From positions 1 to 64,000 of the forward strand of contig JBDRNC010000028.1 of assembly GCA_043811535.1 (NCBI GenBank): a stretch of 64,000 nt of DNA. The letters run 5' to 3'. The stretch's first letter is position 1. The number at the start of each line of letters is the position of its first letter. The stretch is from Elusimicrobiota bacterium. GTDB lineage: Bacteria > Elusimicrobiota > Endomicrobiia > Endomicrobiales > JBDRNC01. The position numbers and the translations under genes are program-made. Below are positions 15,001 through 27,000 of this stretch, piece by piece. The notes beneath the pieces are model-generated. The model made no database searches. It was not told the origin of the DNA and saw nothing but the letters and a program-made list of their open reading frames with translations.

Positions 15001-18000
15001 TGCACCGTTACGCGCTGAAGCCGGACCTTGACCTGCTTGATATTGCCTATGCTCCAGTCAAGCGCCGTTCCGGAAATAGTCGGCAGGTCGGTCTTGACCT
15101 GGGCGTCCGAAGACGGAAATATCACGAATGAGTTCGGAGCGGATGAGTCAAATATGAAATATGACGCCGTGCCTGACTTATTGTTCTCCACTAACTTGTC
15201 GAACGCTTTAGCGGTGACGGTATATGACGATGTCTTAAGCGAGTTCTCGGTCCAGCGCGCGTCGCTGAGCGTGAACGTGAAGGACGTTGACCATACGGAG
15301 CACGCGGGCAGCGGGTTCGGCTCCGCCGCCTGCCAGCCGGTCTTGTCGGCTTTCAGGTACCATCCGTCGGATTCACGCTTCACCTTCAGCGTCACGCTGC
15401 TGATGCCGGCGGTATAATTCTGCGGGTTCGTCGTAGTGTCGGTAGACGCGCCCCATATGTAAGTCATCGTATTGTAGTACTTATCGTTCGTTTTCGGCGG
15501 CAGGTTCACTTCCGAGTCGGGCGCCGTATTGTCGAATATGAACGTTATCGTGGAGAACGACAGTGTCAGTTCGGAATTCCCCGCGCGGTCGTCGGCGTAG
15601 CACATTATGGAATACCTGTACCCGTCTTCCCACAACCCGCTGTCGAGGTCCTTGTACCAGAAGCCCGGGGTTCCGTCCGAAGTAGCGTCGGCCGGGTCCC
15701 ATCCAGGGAATCCCGGAACCCAGCTGGTTCCGCCGTTATACCAATTGGTATCGGAACGCTGTATCCGGTAATACGCGTACGTCACGTTTGAATTTCCGGT
15801 GGCATTATCATACGCAATACCGCCTATTCTCGCGAAAGCGGCATTGCGGTAGCTGGCGTTGGCGGGATATGTAGTTATGGATATCGGGGGTTCGTCGTCA
15901 AACCTGAATGTAATGCCGAAACTTGCGTCGAAGTCCGGGTCCGCCGGGGTATTATTGGCGTTATCCACGGCCCGCACCGCGACGGAATAGCGGTTGCCCG
16001 ACATGAGCGTGAAAGAGCTGTTATTTATGTTCCACGGGCCCGTACCCGTCACCACGCCCCACTGCGCGTTCTGTGAAGTGAACGTGTGCAGCGCGGGGTC
16101 AAGATACTTGAAGCCTATCTTGTCCAGATTTTTCATCACGACGTCAACGCGCTTTACTTCGGATTGTTTCGCCCCCGCGACCGTGTCGTACGCGGAACCG
16201 TATATCTGCGCCACGGAATTGTACGCCTGGTTGTCGTTCGGCCACGTTATTGACGAAACCGCGACCGTATTGTCGTACGTGAAAACCCTCTGCGTTACCG
16301 GCAGCTGCTCGTTGCCCGAATTGTCAACTGATTTAACCCTGACGTCGTAAGTAGTGCCTTCCGCCCACGTCGGAATACCCGCGAAGTTCCACGGGCTTCC
16401 CGTGACGCTGAACCATTTCTCGTCGCCTGCGAACGTGTGGGGCTGGCTCTGGAAGTACTGCCCTGAGATAAGTATCGCTATCCATGTCTTGGACAATCCC
16501 GATGTTATGCCGTTGCCGGGATTGACGTCGGCCGAATTACCCGTTATTGACGTCAGGTCCGCGCGCTCAAAAGACGCGTTGGGGTCTATCAGCGAAGATA
16601 CCGGCGCCGTGGAATCGTATATGAAGTTGGTCTCCGCGGTTAAGTTGAAATTGCCCGCCGTGTCATACGCCTTTGCCTGGACCTTGAAGCTGTGGTTTGA
16701 CCTGTCAACTGCCCCGAAGTTGGGAGCCGTGTACTGCCACTTGCCCGAGGAAAAACCGGTAATCATCCACGTATCCGTGACCACGTCCCACTGCGAGCCG
16801 TTCCACCATACGGATGATGATACATCCACAATGGCTATCGTTACGGTGCTTATGCCGGCCGGCGAATCTGATGCCGATCCTTCTATTATCGCTATCGACT
16901 TGCCGGGTCCGTAATATCCGGAGAGCGTCGGAGTTGATACCGACACTACCGGTCCGCTGCTGTCGCAGGTGAAGTATATGGTCTTAGGCGAGCTCTCCCC
17001 GTTCAGCGCACCGTCGCTGGCGATTGTCTTGACCGCGTATTTCTGGCCGTGCACGAGCCCGGTTGAAACGTCATGCGACCACGGCGTCGAGCCGGTCTCA
17101 TAATTCATCGTTTTTATTATCGCGGTAATATCCGTCGTCCACGTTGAGCCCGCGGTGTAGTACCAGTCCTGCCCGCCGTTGTTATGATAGAAGTAAACGT
17201 AGATGTCTTTCAGCCCGGCGGTTGCGTCGTTGGCAGTGCCGCCGATGGAAGTTATTGTCTTGACGTATGACCCTGACGACGGAGAATTCGCAAACGATGA
17301 CGGCGGGGTCCTGTCCCAGATGAATGTTTTCGTGGTAAAGCTTGTTTCAAAGTTCCCGGCCCAGTCTTTCGCGCGCGGTATTATTTCGTATGTTCCGTCA
17401 ACCGGATTGCCGTCCCCGAGGAAAGTGCCTATCTCGCCCGTGTCGGCGATCCATTGTTTTGTGATTGACGAATAAATCGTCTCGAACGGCCAGTAGCTTG
17501 TTTTAGCGTCCGCTCCCCACGGGTCGGCGCCGTCGCCGTAATACAATCCGGAGGCGACGCTCCGAAGGGCAATGTTGACGCCGTCGTTGACCGCAATGTT
17601 GGTTGAAACGTGGCTCACCCAGTAGCCGTCGGGCCTTGCGGTCTTATCTTCGGCGGTGCCTTCAATGCTTGCCAGGGTTGTAATCCTTGCGGGCGATTCC
17701 TCGGTGCCGCCGGGCGTCGTGACTTTTGATTCGGGTTTTTCGTTGTCAAAGAGGAACGTGAAGCTGCTGAAATAAATCCCAGCGTTCCCCGCGCGGTCTT
17801 TCCCGCGGACTGCTATATTGAACCTGCAGCCCGGGTCAAAGGTTATATTCGTGTAGCTCCATGTTCCCGGAGTGACCGCGAACCACGTGCTGAATTTAAC
17901 ATCCGTTGAGGATTGCCTTTCTTTTTCACCGGCAGTGAATATTGAGCCGTTGTAGTACTTGGTCGTATCCATGTTAAGGATCTTCATGAAAACTTCGTCC

Positions 18001-21000
18001 ATCTTGCCCAGTCCCGTATCCGAGGCCGTGCCTGATATCATGGAAATTGAGTTAAGTATCTGCTTGTTCGGGAATTCCAGGCCGCTAGTCGGAGTAATGG
18101 TATCTATTATGACCTTTTTATCCGTCGCGGCATACATGTTGCCGTTAGGCGATCCCGCGCTGTACGAGGCGTCGTAAATGCGCGCCTTTATAGTGTATTC
18201 CAGTTGTTCACGCCAGCACTCGGAAGTATAGGTGACGGTGTATGTCCACGGCTCGTTCCACGTGTCGAAACCTCCGACATCGGCCGATGTCACGACCCAC
18301 GTGGAATCGACTACCCACTGCGCGCCGTTGTAATATTTGTCGCCGCCGGATGTCTTCTTTATCTGCAGTTCAACCTTGCTTACGATGCCGGGAACGGTGT
18401 CCTGGGCGCCGCCGCTGATTGACGCCAGCGTCGTGTGATGAGAGCCGTCAACTACGCCCGATATGCTTCCCGTCGGCGGAGTCCTGTCAACGGTTATCTC
18501 GACGTCTTCAATGTCGTCGATTCCTTCAAACCCCGCAGGCCCGTATCCCTTGGAATTCAGCGTGTACTCCCAGCCGTCCACGAATGCCTTGGACGATATC
18601 AATATGAACCATGAATACGGAGCGGCTGTGTCGTTGAATGTCGTGTCATTCCAGTATTCGCCCGATACCCATGTCTTCGTGTCTTCGCGCCACGAGACAT
18701 TGGGACCGGAACTGATCATAAGGTCAACCCCGCCCTGCGCTTCCTTAGTATAGGCGTTTGCCGTGCCGTTAATATTTATCGTGGCTTCGTCGTATATCTT
18801 GTAATACCCGTTCGTGACGGGATAATTTATCAGTGTTTTGGGGGTAGGCGCCGAGAACCAGAATGAATTCGTCGTTGACACGGCTTCGTAATTGTTCGCC
18901 TTGTCGCAGACAAGCGTCCAGACCTGGTATCTGTAGCCGGGCGTGTCTTTCGCGTCCAGCGCGACGCCTGTCGGGTCGAATGTCCACTCGCCCGCGTTAT
19001 ACGTCGTGGCAAGCCATGTTGACGAATCCGCTGTTAACGACCAGTCGCCCGCGGTGCCCACCACGCCCGAACCTTTCGTCCAGTACTTGTTATTCGCGTT
19101 CGGAGGAGGCGGAGGACCGGCCTGGTCAGGGCAGAATATCCTAATCTTGACGCTTAAAACTTCTCCCGGGTTAAGGTCTGAAGCAGTTCCTGATATCAAG
19201 GGAAGACTGCTCGTCGGGTTCGGCGGGTCCGGGTCGTCGGGAGGCAAAGTCGGCTTGGCGCTCGGCGGAGTCGTATCGCATATGAAAACAGCCGTCGGCC
19301 AGGCGACTTCGTAGTTCGCCGCGCGGTCGTCGGCGCGCGAGATAACCCAGTAGGTTGTCGTGTCGTCCCACATTGATGACGGATTGCTGATGATGTAGCG
19401 CCAGTAAACCGAAGATGTGTATGTTTCGTAAACCGACGCGGTTGACAGGATAACCGCGCTTGAAACCTTCCACTGCGGGTCTGACCACCCGCCCCACCAC
19501 CTGTTGTCTGATTGGCGCTGTATGCCCACGTTGACCGTGCTGACTTTGCTGGCGTATGTATTAAGGTCCTGCGCCGTGCCCGATATCGTCCCGATAGAAC
19601 CCGCGAACGTTGAACCGGGAAGCGGCGGGAATGTCACGCGCGAGGTCGGGAGCGTCGTGTCAAAGGTTATTGTTGTCGTGGTGCAGGCGATCTCCCTGTT
19701 TTGCGCGTTGTCATACGCCATTGAGTTTATGACATACACGTGGTTGTCTTCCCACGCCGTCTCGCCCCATATCATATAATAAGTCCACGTGCTCACGAGG
19801 AACGATTTGTTAAACCAGTTCTCCGTGACGTCCCAGCCCGGGTTTTGCCAGTAGTTCCCGTTATACGCGGTTTCGCTCTGCTGACGCATCCTTACTTTCA
19901 GATTGGAGATGCCGGAACCGAAATTGATGTCTGCCGCCGTCCCGCCTATTTCGCTGAGTGTCATCGTGCTCCTGACCGCCTGGCCGTCAAAGTGCGACGT
20001 TACCCTTGATTCCGGCAGCTGGCTGTCAAACACGAACTGTCTGTCCGAGTTTGTTCCGTCTATTATCTGGGTTTCTGTGGGCTTCTTGTAATTGCCCGCG
20101 CGGTCCTGCGCCCATACCCATATCCTGTGGTTGCGCGAATTATTGGCTGTCCAGGTTATCGCGGTCTTGTACGCCCATGAATCTACGTAGACTTCGCAGT
20201 CCGTCCACGGAGGCCATCTGAAGAGGACTTCTTCCAGCGTCGACTGCTCCTGCCAGTCGGCTGTCGGCGCGTCCCAGTATTTATCCCCGTTGTCCGTCTT
20301 GACCACTATCTTGACGTTGCCCTGAGCGATACCGGCGTTGGTTTCGGTGAAACCGCCCCGTATCTCCGAAACGGTATTATAGTTGCTCGCCAGCGGGAAT
20401 GTCACTGTGTAGGTGGGCGAGGTCCTGTCTATCGTGAATCCGCAGGTCGTTATCAGCACGAGCGGCTGCCAGTTTCCGTCGTAATCTCCGTCATCGGATT
20501 TCAGCGCGCGGTCGCGGGCCCTCGCTTCAATCCTGTACAAAGTCCCTTCGGCAAGCTCGTCGTCTTCGTTGAAAGTGGTGCAATCCCAGCTGAAAGGGGT
20601 ATCAGGGCCCGACGGGGTCGGATCAACGTCTTTATACTTGGAAGAGGAAGCGCTCCACCCGCTGGTTTCCGAATCCCAGTACGGCGTTCCGCCCGGCCTT
20701 ATTATCCATACGCGGACATTGTTCACCTGCGTGGGATTGCCGCCCGGATCCGACCCGGTACCCGTGATGAAATTGACGTTCTGGTAGAAATTCCCGCTCG
20801 CGGGGCCGGGATATGTAAGTATCGTGGTGGGCGTTGTCGTATCTATATATACAAAGTCGGTTTCCACGTCCGTGTAATTTCCCGGCCCGTCATACGCCTT
20901 CACCGTTACCTTGTACCTGTTGCCTTCCGTAAATTTAGTCCCGAAGCCGTCAACCGTCCAATCGCTGCCGTCTATCGTCGCGGTGGAGAAGAATACTCCC

Positions 21001-24000
21001 GGAGTGAAGTCGTCGGCCTGCGGGTTCCAGTAATACTCGTTTTCCTGGTTCTGTATCCAGACGGTTACAGTGGAAACGATATTAGATGTCGCGTCTTCAG
21101 CCGTTCCCGAGATCGCCAGCAGCGCGTTCCAGTACGAATTCCCCGTCGTGGGCTGAGTCAGCCTGGTGACCGGTCCCGTAATATCCACCGTGAAAGCGAC
21201 TGAAGATGTTATGACCTGCGTTGAACCCGCGAGGTCGTAGGATTTAATCTCTATCACGTAAGTAGAGGCGTCCGACCAGGACATGCCCGCAGTGGAAGTC
21301 GACCAGCTGATAGTTCCATTTGGAATTGATTTATTCCATACCGGCTCGCTCCAGTCCCTTACCGTTCCGCCCGCCGAGTTCCTTATCTGGACATCCACTT
21401 TCCTGAGCCCCGAAAGGTCGGCATTGGCCGTCCCGATCAGCGACGCGAGCGCGGATGATTTGTAATAGTTATTATGAACCGGGAAGGTAATATTCGCGGT
21501 CGGAGGCGTCGTGTCTATGATGACGTTATTGACGCTGTAGGCGGCATAATCTGTAAATTCGCCGATATTCGGCTGGTAGGCCTCGTCTTTCGCCTTGATC
21601 TCAATCCAATATTTCAGGTCGGTCCTAAAATTGCTCAGTACATAGCTCCAATTCGTATCGTCGTAGTTCGCGTCGTTTATGCTGATCGTGTTGTTTTCGT
21701 TTGTCGTCCAGCCGGTGCCGGCGCTGTAGTAATACGTGTCGTTGCCTTCCAGCCGCGCAATCCTGAGCGATATGTCGCTTCCTTTCGCTATGCCCGCAGG
21801 AGAATCGGTAGCCGTTCCGGAGATTGTCCACAGCGTCCCGAAGTTGACGAGTTTTTTGTTGTCCGCGGTCCTGTAATATTCCTGGTAATAATTTATGCGG
21901 CACTGCGGCTTGTCCTTGTCAAAATAGAAGGTAACGGAGGATTTGTCCACCGTTGAGAATATGTACTGCGTGTTGCCTGCCGTGAGCGCGGTGTCTTTCG
22001 CCCTTGAGAGGACGGTATAATAATGCCCGGTCTTCCAGACGGCCTGCGAAGGCACGTTCGTGTATGACCAGGACGAAACATAAAGGTCGGGCCTGTGTAT
22101 CGTCGTTGTGGACCAGCGCTCCGTGCTCGCCCAGGGGTACTTATCCACCCCTTCAGTGTCGTACCAGTACGTCCCTTCCGTGTTGTCCTGTATCTGTATC
22201 TCAACCTTGTCAAGGCGGCCGTCATAGCCGCCGGCCGCGCCCATCGGATCTGCGGCAGTGCCGGTTATGCTCGTGAGCGCCGAATAATAAAGCGCCGGGT
22301 TCAGCGTCGCGGTTACCGCTGTCGGCGTTGAAACGTCAAAGTAGAAATCAATGAACTGGTCGGAACCGGTGTTTCCGGCTTTATCGGTAGGCCTTGAGAA
22401 TATCCTGAACTTGCGGGCGTCCGACCATATAGGCGAAGAGATGATTATGGACCACACCCCCGCGCTGTAAGTCGTCGTGTTAAGATAGACCTCGGACGGG
22501 CTCGCCGGAGGAGACTCGAGCGCCGAATAATCCCAGGAAGATGTTATGACGTTCCAGTAATAGTATGCCGAAGGATGATCCTTGCGTATCGCCACTTTGA
22601 CATAATCAATGTCGCCCTTTATAGTGCCGGGTTCGGGCGGGTTGTTGTCGTCGGCCGTTCCGGTTATCGTGACCAGATTCCTGAAATACTGTCCCGCGGC
22701 GGGCCTTACTACGCCGGCGCCGGGATTGGTCGTGTCATAAAGGAAGGCCCTCGCCGTTCCGTCCGCTTCCGTGCCGCCGGCTCCGTAACCCTTTGAACGC
22801 ACGGTATATGTCGAGCCGTCCACCCAGCTTCCGTAGAAAGCGTACGTCCATTCCGTCTGCGATGGGATGTTCGTCCAGGTTGACCAGTGAACCTCGCCGG
22901 CGGGCGCCGAGAACGACGTGCCGTACCAGGAATAATTGTCGGATGACCTTATTATGCTGAGACTGACTGAAGCCGTATACTGGCTCTTTGTTCCGTACAG
23001 GACATTGCCGCCCCAGTATCCGGCATTCGTGTGGGCGGGCTCGCCTGATTTTGGCTTGGTAATCGTCGTGAGCGGCACCGGCACGCTGTACTTGAAATCC
23101 ACCCCGTCCGTCGTCGCCCCGGGCGGAGTAGGGGCGTTGGTCGCCCAGTCCTCGGGGTACACCACTATGTCGAACCACTTCTTGTTGCCGGCGGCCGCCC
23201 AGATAGCGTTGCACCCGTTCATCGCGTCGCTGTTTGCGAATGTCCACGTGGACCAGGTATCCGCGTAGCTGCTGTCAATAGCGACAGATGCGACGCTAAT
23301 CCAGTACGCGCTCCCGGCCTGCCAGGAATGAGAGATATTGTCCCATGTGTGAGTCACCGAGGGCGTGCCTATCGGCGGCTCTATTATAGGAGAAGCGTCG
23401 TCGTCCGTTCCGACGTCCTTAGCGCGTATCTGCAGATGTATATAGCGCGCGACGCCGGGATAATCGTCCTTGACCGTTCCCGAAATAACGGCAAAGCTTG
23501 AATCGGCTTTGCCTTCGGCAGGATATGTTATTGAAGAGACCGGGTTGTCAAAGTCCGCCTTAATCGCGGTTACCGTGCTGAAAGCTACCTGCGTGTTGCC
23601 CGCCTTGTCTATCGCACGCGCGTCTATCACGTATTCCGCCGCGGTTGTCCACGGCGTCGAGCCGAACTGCCACCAGGTGGCGTTCGCGCTCAATGTCCCG
23701 CTTGAGGTCACGGCGTTCCAAACCCACGGCATGTTCTCTACGGTCCAGGAGGAATCCGTTACGCGCCAGTAGTGGCCGTCATTGCGTTTTATCCTTATAT
23801 ATACCTCGTTTACCTTGCCGGGATAATCGTCGGCGCATGTCCCCGATACCATAACCGTCTTGCCGATGTAACCGCCGGTGCCCGGTAAAGTTATCGTGAC
23901 GGACGGCTTGCTTATTTCATAAACGAACGAGACCGTCGCCATGCTTACTTCGTAGTTTAACGCCTTGTCAACCCCGCGCGTGATTATATTGTACTTGTGC

Positions 24001-27000
24001 CCGACTTTCCAGAAATTTTTCCTTGCGATAACGCTGGCTATGGGAGCCGAGGAATCCCAGTACTCGAACGCGGAGTTCCACGCGGAATCGTCAATGGCGT
24101 TCGCGGGATTCCAGTTCTGGGTATTGTCATTTACAATGTCGTCCCACTGGGTGGAACCGGCGTCCCAGTAATATGTCACGCCGTCAACAAGATAGCCGTC
24201 ATTTATGTGCGGCGGCAGTATAGTGTAGCGTATCTTGACGCCCGATAACTCTCCGTAATCTCCGCAGTAGGCGTAACCGTTGACGAACGTAAACGACGTG
24301 TTGAAATGCTGGTAGTTCGGCCCCGACTGAACGGGCGTTTCCACGACCGTGTCTGTCTCTTCGGTGTTATAGGTAAAGGTGTACGATGTAATGGAAATTT
24401 CCACGTTGCCCGCTTCGTCGGTCACCCTCGCGGCCACCCTGTACTGGTTTGCCGTCTGCCAGGTCATCGGCCCGTAGGTAAATGTTCCCGAGCTGTATCC
24501 GACGAAACTCGCGCTGTGCCACAGCGTCTGGTCCTCGCCTTCGGGGCTCGTATCCCAGCTTGAGCCGTCCCAGGTTTTTTTAGGCGTTGTCAGCTTGTAA
24601 ATATGCAGTTTGACGTCTTTTACCTTGCCCGTATTGTCGTTCGCGTCAAAGGCCGTTCCCGCTATAGTCATGTACGAACTTGTGAACCCGTTGACCGGCA
24701 TGTTAGTTATCTTGGTACCCGGCGTCGTCATGTCTATATAAATATCCTGAGGCACGCCCCCGGCCCCGCCGTTTTCCACGTTCCCCGTTTCCGTAGGGAA
24801 CATGTTCCCCGGGTAAGCGCTGTCCTTGCCTCTTGACGTCAGCGTGAATTTTCCGCCGTTGGACCACAGCCCTCCGCCGGTGGACCATGTCACGTCCTTG
24901 CAGTTGAAGCTCCATTCGGTGCCTGAATCGTTCCATTTGGAATTTCCGGGGTCGGTCACCCAATTTTTATCCGCTTGTATCCAGTAATACGGAGTCCCCG
25001 TGACGAGGCGCGAGATAATCACCTGCACCTGGTTGACCTGCCCAAACGTGGGGTCGGGATGCTCGTCGACCGTTCCCGAAAACGTGGAGATATTGATGTA
25101 ATACGGATAGGTTTTGACATCCTCTTTATTGACCTGGTTTATTGTCGTGGTAGGGAACGAGGTATCGTAATTGAATTTCCTTACGTTCGGGACATCGTCA
25201 TCCGTCGGCCTTTCGGTTTCGGATACTCCCGCGTTATCAACCGCGATGGAGTAGACGTAATAATCAATGCTTTCCTGCCAGTCGATGTCTTTGCCTGACA
25301 GATCGTATTCCCACCTGAACCCGATGGCGATCGACGTCAGGCTCGTGGGGCACCACGTGCTCTGCCCGACCCACGCATTTTGGTAATCGCTCCAGTAAAA
25401 ATCCGTTATGTTTGTGTATTTTATCTGGATATCAACCCTGTCCACTTTGGAAGTGTTGGGACGGTCCTCTACCGTTCCGGAAATAAGCGTCAGACTGCTC
25501 CTGTACGGCTGGCTGGGCAGATCCAGCAGGGATTCGGGCTCTTGGTCGTCGCAGGTAATGGTGAACGACGAGTTATGCGTTGTAAAATCACTCTGTGTGT
25601 TGACCGGGTAGGCCGAGTCTACCGCGCGGCAGGTAACCGTGTATGGCTGTCCCCCTACGAGAGTCACGTCGTTAAAAGTCCAGGAGGACTCCCAAACTTC
25701 CGCGGTCGGCCAGGACGACGGCGGATTCGTGTCCCAGGAACCGCCTCCCTGGTAGTACCTGTTCGAGCCCGGTGCGCCTTTTTCCCGTATAATCATGCCG
25801 ATCGAGCCCTTAGTCGGGCTGATGCCTGAATGTTTGTCTCCGTAAGTCCCGTAGAACTCCGGCGTGGTCTTTACGTAGTCGCCGTTAATATGCGAGGTGA
25901 ATGCCGCGGTCGGTTCTTCCACGTCCCACCAGAACGTCCTTTCGGTGGACCACGCTAACTGCTGGTTGACCGCGCGGTCGGTTATGCGGCAGGTGACGGT
26001 GAATGAAGAACCCAGCCCCGGAGCCCCTAAAATATCGTTCCAGTCCACAACGGTTGAATCATAATACCAGTTGGGCGAGGTGCCCGCGGTATTGGACCCT
26101 ATGATTATAGAATCGTTGCTCCAGCTGCCGCCTTTCCAGTACGTCGTGCCGTTGCCCAGCCGCGACTGTATTTTAAGCCTTTGCGCGTCTTTGCTGAAAC
26201 CCGTTCCTGAAGGGCCGTCGGCGGTAGTTCCGGAGATCTGGGGCATCTGGCTGTACCATGTTATCGAAGGCGACGGAAGCGTGACTTGCGATGCGGGAGG
26301 GGAATCGTCGTACTTGAAATTAACGTCGCCGCCGAATCCGCCGGTTATCTTTGACTTGTCCTGGACCTTCCTTCTGACGACGTAACTCGTGTTAGTTGAC
26401 CAGCCGGAGAAAGGGTACCACCAGGCCGTCGCGTCCGGGCTCAGCGTGCAGGCCAGCTGCGCCTTCGGGTCATCATCATTTTCTATATCGGGATTCCAAT
26501 CCGGAATGGTCCAGTCCCAGTAACCCGACCCGCACCAAACCGATACCCAAACACTTTCCACGCCGCTTTTATAACCGGATGAGTTACTCGGATCAGAACA
26601 CGTACCGGATATAGTCGGCACGGATTTATGATACGCGAGCGACGGAGTTTGTATCGCCGCCAGCGGCGATATCTGGTCAATGTTCAACCTTATGGAGCAG
26701 TCGCGCGAGTTAAACGCTGGCGTACCCCCCGCGTACCACGACGAGCCGTTCCACTGTGTAAAATATGCGTCCAGTCCCTGCCAGGTATTCACGTTGAAAT
26801 CCCCGTCGGAGTTCCCACTATTCGCGCTTATGCTCACGTAATAATAGGCGGCGGCCGACGAATTCCCCTGGTCGCAGTATAGTATTATCCTGTAGTCACT
26901 GCCGTTTTCCAATTCACAGGGCGCAATCTCCGCCTCGCGCCAGCCGTAAGCGAAGCCGGCCCCGCCGTTCGCCACGAACACCCCCGAAGATTTTACCACG

